In this document: piece after piece, positions 13,080-26,149 of the stretch
Numbering within the stretch: the first letter of the stretch is position 1
Layout of the letters: each line of letters opens with the position of its first letter
Assembly (NCBI RefSeq): GCF_963921235.1
Contig: NC_086103.1
Location: 43,462,001 to 43,526,000, forward strand
DNA length: 64,000 nucleotides
Direction: 5' to 3'
Origin: Mobula hypostoma
Lineage: Eukaryota
Notes under the pieces: model-generated
The model's database searches: none
Seen by the model: the letters and a program-made list of their open reading frames with translations, nothing else
What the model was told of the DNA's origin: nothing
Made by a program: the position numbers and the translations under genes

Positions 13080-14416
13080 ATAAAGCACAATGCTTTCCTT
13101 GATTATGCAAGGCGTAAAATATAAAAACAGAAAATTCAAGCATTGGTCGATGCCCCGAGGGCAAAGGATGTGCCACTGTTGCGGTCCTTTTGTAGGTTTT
13201 GCCCATTACTATAACAGGTTCTGCCAAACCTGGTTACTATGCTCCTCCCCCTGAACTCACCATAACAAGATTGAATTCAAGAGGAGAACTAATAATGGAG
13301 ATGCTGATGAATTTATCCTTGGAAAAGGAAATACCTGAAAAATTTAAAAAAAATACTACACTCCTCTTGACGTATTCACCTTAATGCAAATCAAAATCTC
13401 CCTGTTATGGCAGAGATTATCCAAAGGGAAACCAGAAAAGGCCCCACACAGTCTCAGGTCTACGTGGCTGGAATGTGGAACAGAAACTCCAGTTTCATTG
13501 TTTTTACTAGCACCAAAATGAACTTGCCTTGACTGGGGTTGCCTTATGTGGGAATTGAAAGTTGTTGTACCATCCAAGCCGAGAGCTAAAGTGTTAGAGG
13601 AGCTACATGCTGGTCATGTAGGCGTGGTCAAAATGAAAGCATGGGCTTTAAACACAAACAACAGGAATCCTGCAGATGCTGGAAATTCAAGCAACACACA
13701 TCAAAGTTGCTGGTGAATGCAGCAGACCAGGCAGCATCTCTAGGAAGAGGTACAGTTGACGTTTCAGGCCGAGACCCTTCATCAGTCCAACAGATTGAGC
13801 GACTTGCCTTGCACTGTTGGGGATGCCAACATGTCCAGATAATGCCAAGATAATCTTGCAGAAGAAAGAAGTAAGGTATCCAGAACTGTCAGAACCACTC
13901 CCTGTGGTCCCAGAGTCAACTTTTACAACCACCACAGAGGAGGCCCCAGAACCTGAGATTGTTTCACAGCCACAAGTCTCACCTGCCAAACAGAGTGATC
14001 CATCCCTCCTTGTCCAACAAGGAATACATTATCCTGCAAGAGTAAGTAATCCACCAGTGATTAAATGTTTAGGCCTGGATAGTAAATTTTAAATTTTATA
14101 GTAATTGTGTGTGTGTGTAACTAGAGAGCAATTTGTTACATATTTGAGGTGAGTGCTTTCTATATTGAGTTGGAGTTTAGCTAAGTGGGGGGAGTGTCCT
14201 TTAATATTTCAGTAATATTGTAAATATATTGCTTGATTAAGCATGCTTTGTTTATATAATGCATTGAGGGTGATATGTAAAAGTATGTGATTGGCATATG
14301 TCATCACGCCACCAGGTCATAAGTGCACAGCTTGTTTTAAATAAAAACACTTTACACACATCTCTCAGGCTCCGTTGTTTTTCTTTTGATTCATTTTAGA
14401 GTTACAAAACTTAACA
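13080..14416 (+). mobile_element. Ty3/Gypsy LTR retrotransposon remnant (deleted pol, PPT, 3' LTR)
   Basis: Broken frames give EKIQALVDAP..DV..LRSF, GCLMW.LKVVVPSK.RAKVLEELHAGHVGVVKMKA and HCWGCQ (integrase HHCC). Purine tract at ~14183-14194 is followed by TG(14195)...CA(14416), with AATAAA at ~14339. Confidence 0.85.
13648..13785 (-). mobile_element. Short Penelope-derived element inserted in the Gypsy integrase, with hammerhead core
   Basis: Matches the pLTR at 4748-4840 and splits the Gypsy integrase zinc-finger region. Confidence 0.85.
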
Positions 14417-14844
14417 CCATACATCTATAGAAATGTACTAGAGTCATGGCTAAAAATGATACATTTGGAGGAGGGGTGGTGTTTGTTCAGTTGATTCTTT
14501 GGACGAAGTTAGTTTTATGAGAAGAGGTCTAGTCATATGGGCATGTTTGCTGCAACTTAGAAGAATGAGGTTATCTTATTTTTCACCTTAACAGTTTGAG
14601 AGAAAGCTTCCCTGATCTACAATCCAGAACTCAAGCAATCTTACTTCACTCTAGGATTGTGAATCATTTAGATTTCTCTATTCCAGAGGGTTGTGGACAA
14701 TCAATGAGTATATTACAAAACAAAATTGATAGATTTTGGGGCACTGAAGAAAGCAAGGGTGAAGTGGATAGATCAGTATTACTAATTAAGACACTGAAGA
14801 TTGATCTTACTGGAGCCATACAGCCATTTCCTGTGTTGATAGAG

Positions 14845-15540
14845 TTCAGAGAGTCCTACAGCACGGAAAGTGGCCCTTGGCCTGACTGGTCCATGCCAAT
14901 CAAGATGTTCCTTCCTAATTAGTCCCATTTGTCAGTGTTCATCCCATAACCTTCTAAACCTTTCCAATCTACCTGTCCCACTGTCCTTTAGAAGTTGTTC
15001 TACCTACCTCAACCACTTCCCCTGGCAGCTCATTCCATATATGTACATACCTCCTCTGTGTGTAAACAATATATAACAAAAAAAAGAGTTGCTCCTCAGT
15101 TGCTGTTAAATTTTTCTTCTCTCAATTTATGCCCTCCAGTTCTTGATTTCCTAACCCTGGGACAAAGATCGAATGCACTAACCTTATCTATGCTCATCAT
15201 GATTTTATACACTTCTATAAGATCGCCTCTCAATCTCCTACACTTCATGGAATAAAATTCTAGCCTCCCCCACCTCCCCAAAAACTCAGTCCGTCATGTC
15301 CTGGCAACATCCTTAAAAATCTTTTCTGCATGTTTTCCAGTTTACTGGCATCTTTACTGGCAGGGTGACCAAAACTGAACAGAATTTTCCAAGCACGGCC
15401 TCACCAGCATCCTGTAAAATCACACCATGACCTCCCAACTTTTTTTTTGATTCACCCCTGACTGATAAAGGCCAGTCAAAAGCCGCCTTCACCACCCTGT
15501 CTACCAGTTTGTCCGCTTTCAGGGAATCATATACTTGTAA
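14845..15540 (-). mobile_element. Old CR1 3' fragment
   Basis: RRLRGDLIEVYKIM...SRTGGH. Confidence 0.8.
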
Positions 15541-15624
15541 ATGTTTCATATAGTTGCTGTGTAACCATGGCGATCTTGTGTTATCAATTGCCAATTAATT
15601 TGCTTAGTTTCAGAAGCATCAAAG

Positions 15625-15933
15625 ATGGAGGAAATGGGATCTCTTGGGGTACCAGTGGATAAAGATTCTTCAGTTTCAGAAGAAAGTTTAAGTGGTGCAG
15701 CAGATATGGGAGAAAGTCATAAAAAGGATGTAACGTTGCAGCAATCCAAGTCTGAACTTGGGAAGAATACTACAAACAATGCTCAAAATAAGGACAATGA
15801 GTCTGCTGAAAATAAACTTCAGATGATTGAAAGTAAAGGAAAGATGTCAGTCGGCATGACAAGAAAAAGACCAGAATCAAAGCCATCCACTCCTGGGATA
15901 ACTGAACAGCAACCCCCAGGAATTGATGACAAG
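15625..15933 (+). CDS. FAM114A2: FAM114A2 coding exon 1
   Basis: Acceptor at 15613; aagATGg start; acidic N-terminus with TRKRPE; donor at 15934. Confidence 0.85.
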
Positions 15934-16393
15934 GTAAACAATATTGGATATTCTTTTCCTCGTAATTATTTAGCCTTTATTAAGTGCTTCTATGTTGCCT
16001 TACTTCAGCAGTTCCCAAGCTTTTTTATGTCAGGAGCTCCTATTATTAACTGAGGGGTTAGTCCATGGACTCCAGGTTAGGGACCCCTGCCTTAATTGTA
16101 TTGACAAAACATTGGCTTTGTTGTCCAAAGGATGAATGTCAAAGTGAGAAATCTGATTGCCATTATACCACAATGGTGCTACTCCCAAGAGCTCATTCTT
16201 ACCCTTTGTCATCAGGCTCTATAATGAGTCAACCTCTAATAGATGACCCCCTTCTGTTAGATTGATTGAGGTAACTTTTTTAAATTCTTTCTTACTACTT
16301 TTTTAATATTTGTATATCTACACACTTGTAATGCTACTGTGACACTGTCATTTCCTTTGGCATAAATGAAGTATCCATCTACCTGTTTTGCAG

Positions 16394-16493
16394 CCAAAAG
16401 TCGTCTCTGATCAGGAGGCAGGAAGTTGGGGCTACTGGGGAAATTGGGGGAAGTCACTGCTTACTACAGCAACAGCCACGGTAGCATCTGTTG
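16394..16493 (+). CDS. FAM114A2: FAM114A2 coding exon 2
   Basis: PKVVSDQEAGSWGYWGNWGKSLLTTATATVASV; donor GTGAGT. Confidence 0.93.
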
Positions 16494-17198
16494 GTGAGTT
16501 CATTGGTGTTCTTTTTAAAATATAATTTCTGCAACATCTGGTGACTGTTATTTTTCCAGAAGTTTTTTGACTTCTTTGGTAATGTGTATACAACAGCAAA
16601 TTCTCCCAAACAATGGGATGTGACATCAGTTGGGGGCCTGGATGTCAGACATAATTGCAGTTGAACCAAATTTTCTGTATATCTTACAATTACTTGGCCT
16701 CTAACCCACCCCCCCCCTCAGTTATACTGCCTTTTTGAACTCCAGGATTTCAGGTGAAGCCTGCTGCCATTCAACTTGAACCCTGTGTAGTCAGAACCCT
16801 GGCGGCAGAGAATGTGGGAGATGAATAGGAGGAAAGAGTTTGAGTATAGGAATGGGGGGGGGGGAAGTTGAAGAAAAAGAAATGAATGGGAATGTGATGG
16901 TGAGGGGGCAGAAGAGGACAGGTTGGGATGTGTGTAGTAATTTGAGTTAATAGAAAGTCACACTGAATGGAGGAGGGGAAGATGTGAACTGAGAGCAAAT
17001 AAACTCTTAAGATCTTTTCTCTGTATGGCCCTACCCCCAAACACACCTCTTTTCCAATGAGTACCATCTCTTACAGTGGGTGACATTCATTTCTCCATTA
17101 TTAACATAGAATACTGGAGATACCAGTTTTTATTTTCAAAGTAAGGATGGAGCAACAATGAACTTGGATTTTTTGAAATAAAAAATTAAGTGTTGCTT

Positions 17199-19890
17199 CA
17201 TAGAACATAGAATAGTACAGGCCCTTTGGCCCACAATGTTGTGCCGACCCTCAAACCCTGCCTCCCATATAACCCCCCGCCTTAAATTCCTCCATATACC
17301 TGTCTAGTAGTCTCTTAAATTTCACTAGTGTATCTGCCTCCACCACTGACTCACAGTGCATTCCATGCACCAACCACTCTCTGAGTAAAAAACCTTCCTC
17401 TAATATCCCCCTTGAACTTCCCACCCCTTACCTTAAAGCCGTATCCTCTTTTATTGAGCAGTGGTGCCCTGGGGAAGAGGTGCTGGCTATCCACTCTATC
17501 TATTCCTCTTAATATCCTGTACACTTTTATCATGTCTCCTCTCATCCTCCTTCTCTCCAAAGAGTAAAGCCCTAGCTCCCTTAATCTCTGATCATAATGC
17601 ATACTCTCTAAACCAGGCAGCATCCTGGTAAATGTTCCTCTGCACCCTTTCCAATGCTTCCACATCCTTCCTATAGTGAGGCGACCAGAACTGGACACAG
17701 TACTCCAAGTGTGGCCTAACCAGAGTTTTATAGAGCTGCATCATTACATCGTGACTCTTAAACTCTATCCCTCGACTTATGAAAGCTAGCACCCCCATAA
17801 GCTTTCTTAACTACCCTATCTACCTGTGAGGCAACTTTCAGGGATTTGTAGACATGTACTCCCAGATCCCTCTGCTCCTCCACACTACCAAGTATCCTGC
17901 CATTTACTTTGTACTCTGCCTTGGAGTTTGTCTTTCCAAAGTGTACCATCTCACACTTCTCCAGGTTGAACTCCATCTGTCACTTCTCAGCCCACTTCTG
18001 CATCCTATCAATGTCTCTCTGCAATCTTTGACAATCCTCTACACTATCTACAACACCACCTACCTTTGTGTCGTCTGCAAACTTGCCAGTCACCTTTCTA
18101 CCCCCACATCCAGGTTGTTAATAAAAATCACGAAAAGTAGGGGTCCCAGAACCGATCCTTGTGGAACACCACTAGTCACAACCCTCCAATCCGAATGTAC
18201 TCTCTCCACCACGACCCTCTGCCTTCTGCAGGCAAGCCAATTCTGAATCCACCTGGCCAAACCTCCCTGGATCCCATGCCTTCTGACTTTCTGAATAAGC
18301 CTACCATGTGGAACCTTGTCAAATGCCTTACTAAAATCCATATAGATCATATCCACTGCACTACCCTGTTCTATATGCCCGGTCACCTCCTTAAAGAACT
18401 CTATCAGGCTTGTTCGACACGATCTGCCCTTCACAAAGCCATGCTGCCTGTCCCTGATCAGACCATGATTCTCTAAATGCCTATAGATCCTATCTCTAAG
18501 AATCTTTTCCAACGGCTTTTCCACAACAGACATAAGGCTCACTGGTCTGTAATTACCTGAACTATCCCTACTATCTTTTTTGAACAAGGGGACAACATTT
18601 GCCTCCCTCCAGTCCTCCAGTACCATTCCCGTGGACAACGAGGACATAAAGATCCTAGCCAGAGGTTCAGCAATCTCTTCCCTCGCCTTGTGGAGCAGCC
18701 TGGGGAATATTCTGTCAGGCTCCGGGAATGTATCCATCCTAATGTATTTTAATAACTCCAACACCTTCTCTGCCTTATTATCAACATGCTCCAGAACATC
18801 AACCTCACTCATGTTGTCCTCACCATCATCAAGTTCCCTCTCATTGGTGAATACCAAAGAGAAGTATTCATTGAGGACCTCGCTCACTTCCACAGCCTCC
18901 AGGCACATCTTACTACCTTTATCACTAATCGGTCCTACCTTCACTCCTGTCATCCTTTTGTTCTTCACATAATTGAAGAATCCCTTGGGGTTTTCCTTTA
19001 CCCTACTTGCCACGGCCTTCTCATGCCCCCTTCTTGCTCTCCTCAGCCCCTTCTTAAGCTCCTTTCTTGCTACCCTATTTTCCTCAATAGACCCATCTGA
19101 TCCTTGCTTCCTAAACCTCATGTATGCTGCCTTCTTCCACCTAACTAGATTTTCCACCTCACTTGTCACCCATGGTTCCTTCACCCTACCATTCTTTATC
19201 TTCCTCACCAGGACAAATTTATCCCTAACATCCTGAAAGAGATCTCTAAACATCGACCACATGTCCATAGTACATTTCCCTGCAAAAACATCATCCCAAT
19301 TCACACCAGCAAGTTCTAGCCTTATAGCCTCATAATTTGCCCTTCCCCAATTAAACATTTTCCTGTCCTCCCTGAGTCTATCCTTTTCCATGATAATGCT
19401 AAAGGCCAGGGAGCAGTGGTCACTGTTCCCCAGATGCTCACCCACTGAGAGATCTGTGACCTGACCTGATTCGTTACCTAATACAAGATCTAGTATGGTA
19501 TTCCCCCTAGTCGGCCTGTCAACATAACTGTGATAGAAATCCATCCTGGACACACTTAACAAACTCTGCCCCATCCAAACCCTTGGAACTAATCAGGTGC
19601 CAATCAATATTAGGGAAGTTAAAGTCACCCTTGATAACAACCCTGTTATTTTTGCACCTTTCCAAAATCTGCCTCCCAATCTGCTCCTCTGTATCTCTGC
19701 TGCTACCAGGGGGCCTATAGAATACTCCCAATAGAATAACTGCTCCCTTCCTGTTCCTGACTTCCACCCATACTGACTCAAAATAGGATCCTGCTACATT
19801 ATCCATGCTTTCTGTAGCTGTAATAGTATCCCTGACCGGTAATGCCACCCTTCCTCCCCTTTCTCACCCCCCTATCCCTTTTAAAGCACT
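17199..19890 (-). mobile_element. CR1 LINE, most of ORF2 (APE, RT) and 3' end
   Basis: ESVWVE...GVFYRPP...GDFNFPNIDW; 494-aa open segment to [10 protein letters not shown]; (TTCTATG)n tail. Confidence 0.96.
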
Positions 19891-21926
19891 TTTAAAATCT
19901 TATTAAATTCCACTTAGATTTTGGAACTTCTTTGCTTACTTTTTAAGTAGAAGCCGCAGTAGGCCTTTTGGTCCTTTGAGAAGATTGAGACAAAAGATTA
20001 TAATTAACCTTTTATCTCAGTGCTTCATTGCTACACTGTTTGATGCCTTGAATATTTAAAACCATGTCTCTGTCTTGTATGTAGTTCAAAACTCAGCTTC
20101 ATAGCCTATTTGAGTCTAGCCTCCAATGAATATTTTGTAACTGTAGGCTTTTTGTGTCATTGGCATGCACCCAACAGTCTGGCAAAGCAGAGATAATTTT
20201 TTGACCAGTGTTCCATCCATATCAGTGTTTGACCCTAAGCACACAGTCCTTGCCAATATAGTGATCCATAGCCCTCCTTTGTGCATCTAACTACCAGTGG
20301 CAGCTATCTCAAAGCACTGGAAAAAGACCACCAGTACTTTCTCCACAAAATCTTCTGAATTCCCTGTAAGGTTAAGTGAGCTAAAGCTGATAGCCTTGCG
20401 CAGGCTAATATTGAATTCCTAGTAGTGTCATATCACCAAACTGGACAGGCCTCATTTTGTTATGCACCCAACCCTAGACTCCTGAAGCAGATGCACTTTT
20501 CAGAGCTCTCCCAGGGATAGAGATTACAAGGCAGATAGATGAAAGAAGTCAAGGATGTTCTCAGTCTCCTTAAGGAAAAGCATCATTGCCACTGAATATT
20601 CTGTTCGTGATCATGAAAGAAAGGAGAAGGGGCATTAGGGCTGTTATTGAGATGCTCAAGGTGTTCATCAAGAACTCATAGAAGACCCAGGTAAGTCGTA
20701 GAAGTGCACCTGCAAACTGCTCATTTATGCAGTCCAATGGCTATCACCTGACCCTCTTTCCCACCTTGGTAACATGACTCACTTCAGAATCCACAAAATG
20801 GGAATGGAAGTAAGTCATCCTCAATTTCCCAGGGAGTTCTTCAAGGGAAAGTACATTTCCAATTTGCATTTTTGCTATTCTGTGGTCCCTATGGATATCT
20901 TTACTGATTAATCCCAAATTAGCACTTTCACATTACAGTTTGCTGCAACCGATAAAGATCATTTTTAACAAAAATTAGTTTGTGTAAGGTGGGGAACAAA
21001 TTCAGAAAATCAATCACTTGAAAGAGCAGTATGTTTACCTCTTCCTCCACCTCTACAACATGACATTAACAATATTAACATTTAATTTTTGTCACACACA
21101 TTGTAGTTGGACTTGAATCTAATGACTTGCATCTCTGAAGCTTCAAAAACAAAGTTAATTAAAATCACTTAAAGCTGATTATAACATGATAATGAAATAA
21201 CTTGATATTTTTCTTTGTTAAAAGTTCGATAATGCTGATAGTTCTATCAGCCAAGTTGTGATTTGGGATGAATATAAAAAGTCCATGAAAAGATTTGGTA
21301 GAGAACATTATCGGATTAGCTTAATTAATCATCGAGTAACCTCAAATGCTAACAAAAAGAGGCGTATTTAGTCATCTATTTAACTTCAAATAATTTCAAG
21401 ATTTTTTTGTGGAGAGAAAGGTGCAGATTTGAAGATCTTTATCCCAGTTATTTTTTCCTATATTTTTCTGTTTCATCTAAACAATGATTTGCTTAGTCTT
21501 TGATCTTGTTATCAGGTAGGGTTGTGAACAGTAATACTTCCCATCTCTTCATTACACTTCAAGTGAATAGATGTTTGTATTAGGTATAAAATACTACCTT
21601 GATTTGAAATGTTAAAAGGAAAATAAATGAAAAAGTGAAACAGTGAAGCAGTTGCTGAAGGAAAATGGGTTGATGAAAGATTTTGATTTGGAAGTTTCTG
21701 ATAGGACATAGAATTCAGTAAACAGAAGAAACCTCCCTGTTTGCTGACTTGGTTTCCAGTACGAAATAAAGATAAATTTACAATGGTTACAGTGACTGCT
21801 GATTTTCACAGCAAGTGTAAGTAATTTGGTAACAGTTGGGGTAAACACTTTCGTTAGTTGGGCAACAACAAGTTGTCTGTTTTGTAAACTTATTAACTAC
21901 TTAACATGTCTATTTTATTGCTGTAG

Positions 21927-22028
21927 GTCATGGAATTTCCCATGTGATCGAAAAAGCTGAGTCCTCTCTTGGAATTCCCAGCCCTACAGAAGTTTCAGCA
22001 GAAGCAAGATTATCTGATGGGGACAAAG
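21927..22028 (+). CDS. FAM114A2: FAM114A2 coding exon 3
   Basis: (G)HGISHVIEKAESSLGIPSPTEVS...; phase 1/1. Confidence 0.92.
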
Positions 22029-22200
22029 GTAGTCATTTGATAATGGAGTTATTTCTAGCTTCTGGAAGGTTATCATCCGGAAATAATTAAATTGTGAAAT
22101 GGTAAGGGATAACGAGGCCAGTGACAATCTTATTTAAGTTGAATAATCTTCTGCTCTGCCTCTCTATTTTTGATATGTGTGTGAGCTGATGTGGCTTAAA

Positions 22201-24830
22201 CATAGAAACATAGAAAATAGGTGCAGGAGTAGGCCATTCGGCCCTTCAAGCCTGCACCGCCATTCAGTATGATCATGGCTGATCATCCAACTCAGAACCC
22301 TGTACCAGCCTTCCCTCCATACTCCCAATCCCTTTAGCCACAAGGGCCATATCTAACTCCCTCTTAAATATAGCCAATGAACTGGCCTCAACTGTTTCCT
22401 GTGGCAGAGAATTCCACAGATTCACCACTCTCTGTGTGAAGAAGTTTTTCCTAATTTCGGTCCTAAAAGGCTTCCCCTTTATCCTCAAACTGTGACCCCT
22501 CGTTCTGGACTTCCCCAACATCGGGAACAATCTTCCTGCATCTAGCCTGTCCAATCCCTTTATAATTTTATATGTTTCAATAAGATCCCCTCTTCAGTCT
22601 TCTAAATTCCAGAGAGTATAAGCCCAGTCGATCCAGTCTTTCATTATATGAAAGTCCTGCCATCCCAGGAATCAATCTGGTGAACCTTCTTTGTACTCCC
22701 TCTATGGCAAGGATGTCTTTCCTCAGATTAGGGGACCAAAACTGCACACAATACTCCAGGTGTGGTCTCACCAAGGCCTTGTCCAACTGCAGTAGTACCT
22801 CCCTGCTCCTGTACTCGAATCCTCTTGCTATGAATGCCAGCATACCATTCACCTTTTTCACCGCCTGTTGTACCTGCATGCCCACTTTCAATGACTGGTG
22901 TATAATGACACCCAGGTCTCATTGTACCTCCCCTTTTCCTAATCGGCCACCATTCAGATAATAATCTGTTTTCCTGTTCTTGCCACCAAAGTGGATAACC
23001 TCACATTTATCCACATTAAATTGAATTTGCCCACTCACCTAACCTATCCAAGTCACCCTGCATCCTCTTGGTATCCTCCTCACAGCTAACACTGCCGCCC
23101 AGCTTCGTGTCATCCGCAAACTTGGAGATGCTGCATTTAATTCCCTCATCCAAGTCATTAATATATATTGTAAACAACTGGGGTCCCAGCACTGAGCCTT
23201 GCGGTACCCCACTAGTCACAGCCTGCCATTCTGAAAAGGTCCCGTTTATTCCCACTCTTTGCTTCCTGTCTGCCAACCTATTCTCTATCCACATCAATAC
23301 CTTACCCCCAATACCGTGTGCTTTAAGTTTGCACACTAATCTCCTGTGTGGGACCTTGTCAAAAGCCTTTTGAAAATCCAAATATACCACACCCACTGGT
23401 TCTCTCCTATCCACTCTACTAGTTACATCCTCAAACTATGAGATTCGTCAGACATGATTTTCCTTTCACAAATCCATGCTGACTTTGTCTGATGATTTCA
23501 CTGCTTTCCAAATGTGCTGTTATCACATCTTTGATAACTGACTCTAGCATTTTCCCCACCACCGATGTCAGGCTAACCAGTCTATAATTCCCCAGTTTCC
23601 CTCTCCCTCCTTTTTTAAAAAGTGGGGTTACATTAGCCACCCTCCAATCCTCAGGAACTAGTCCAGCATCTAAAGAGTTTTGAAAAATTATCACTATTGC
23701 ATCCACTATTTCTTGGGCTACTTCCTTAAGCACTCTGGGATTTATCTGCGTTTAATCCCTTCAATTTACCTAACACCACTTCCCTACTAACATGTATTTC
23801 CTTCAGTTCCTCCATCTCACTGGACCCTCTGTCCCCTACTATTTCTGGAAGAATATTTATGTCCTCCTTAGTGAAGACAGAACCAAAGTAGTTATTCAAT
23901 TGGTCTGCCATGTCCTTGCTCCCCATAATCAATTCACCTGTTTCTGGCTGTAGGGGACCTACATTTGTCTTAACGAATCTTTTTCTTTTCACATATCTGT
24001 AAAAGCTTTTACAGTCAGTTTTTATGTTCCCTGCCAGTTTTCTCTCATAATCTTTTTTCCCGTTCCTAATTAAGCCCTTTGTCCACCTCTGCTGGACTCT
24101 GAATTTCTCCCAGTCCTCAGGTGAACCACTTTTTCTGGCTAATTTGTATGCTTCTTCTTTGGAATTGATACTATCCCTAATTTCCCTTGTCAGCCACGGG
24201 TGCACTACCTTCCTTGATTTATTCTTTTGCCAAACTGGGATGAACAATTGTTGTAGTTCATCCATGCGATCTTTAAATGCTTGCCATTGCATATCCACCG
24301 TCAACCCTTTAAATGTCATTTGCCAGTCTATCTTGGCTAATTCACGTCTCATACCTTCAAAGTTACCCTTCTTTAGGTTCAGAACCTTTGTTTCTGAATT
24401 AACTATGTCACTCTCCATCTTAGTGAAGAATTCCACCATATTATGGTCACTCTTACCCAAGGAGCCTCTCACGACAAGATTGCTAACTAACCCTTCCTCA
24501 TTGCTCAATACCCAGTCCAGAATAGCCTGCTCTCTAGTTGGTTCCTCGACATGTTGGTTCAAAAAACCATCCCACATACATTCCAAGAAATCCTCTTCCT
24601 CAGCACCCTTACCAATTTGGTTCACCCAATCTATATGTACATTGAAGTCACCCATTATAACTGCTGTTCCTTTATTGCACACATTTCTAATTTCCTGTTT
24701 AATACCATCCCCAACCTCACTACTACTGTTAGGTGGCCTGTACACAACTCCCACCAGCGTTTTCTGCCCTTAGTGTTATGCAGCTCTACCCATATTGATT
24801 CCACATCCTCCCGGCTAATGTCCTTCCTCC
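22201..24830 (-). mobile_element. CR1 LINE, most of ORF2 and 3' end
   Basis: GVVYRPPNS...MGDFN, RT motifs, (TTTCTATG)n tail at 22201. Confidence 0.96.
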
Positions 24831-26149
24831 TCTGGTATCTTTTTTTGTCTGATTCCATCAGCTGTGGATATCTTGCCTAATCAGCTGTTCCTTATATGAT
24901 TTGGGAAATGGCCATGCAAAATGACCCAACATCATCTAAGTTTCCTTTTGCAAAAAAGAAATGAAGAATTGCATACTCGTGCCATATAGCATGTCCGGAC
25001 AAATAAAGGGCATTCAAAGCATTAGCAGGGATGGCATCTTGAGCATTTTGTTGAAGTTGTTTGTTTGTAGTAGTTGCTTTCCCTAATCAATTTCCCTGAG
25101 GGAAAATGACAGCCATTCAGTTTAGGAGTGAATCATTGAATTCATTGATGTTGGGCATAAAGTTAAGCTCAGTCTTAGTCCCCAGTGCCTGATGCTTCTT
25201 CTTTACAATTCACAACAATGTTTTTCAAAGTGAGATGAATTCATAATAAAAATTATTAAATCAGCATCTGCTATACACAGATGACACTGTATATGTCCAG
25301 TGTAATGAATTGCAGATCATAAGCAAGTTATCTGATACGTGTATTGTATTACATATACTAACTTTGACACGCTAATGAAAAAATTGGGGGCATCCAAAAT
25401 ATACGTGAATAGTAAAGATATATATATAGTGAATTGTTTTTGCTCCATCAGTGAGATACTTTATAGCTCTCTTGGCCTTAATAACTTGATGTGAAAATCA
25501 GCAAAGTCTCCTTTTTATCTTTGGAAATCTTAACTTGTGTGAATTGAACAATAGTCAGCTAACCATAAACACAAAGCAGTTTTTAGTTCTTGGTACTCTT
25601 ATGACAGTGGTTTTAAATCTAAGTCATATGTTCCAGGCAGGAACAAAAATAGAACAGCACCTACTTTTAATATCTCAATAAAATCCTTGGAATTACATGA
25701 GACAAATGGAACAAAAACAAAATCTGTGAGAGAATCTGCCTACTTCCGCTGGCTGGGATGTGTGGAGCTCATACTACTTTCATCTGCTGAAGCTTTGTAG
25801 AGAAAGGCTAAATTACTGCAGCGAAAAGATCATACAAAGTCTCAAACAAAAGTATGCGTTCTTACTGACAACCAAAACAGCCTAGGGCATATCCACTTAA
25901 TCTGGAGAGACCAGGTTAATGCTTTTGCAGTCATAGAAAGCTCCAAAAACTACATGTTGAGACTTTGGCTTCCACCTAGCTAGTGGACATAGCCAAGGAG
26001 TAGTTTCGCTGCTGGCAGAACAGGATCTTTTACCAGGGTGTGCTGGAAATTGTTGATATAATACATCACCACCTTGCATTTGCAAAGTTAGTCATAGTCA
26101 CACAGTACAGAAAGGAGCACTTTTGTGCCATGCTAGTGATGAAGCACAC

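Noticed and set aside
9586-24880. Numerous plus-strand ORFs overlapping CR1 copies
   Set aside because: These are antisense shadow frames of CR1 ORF2.
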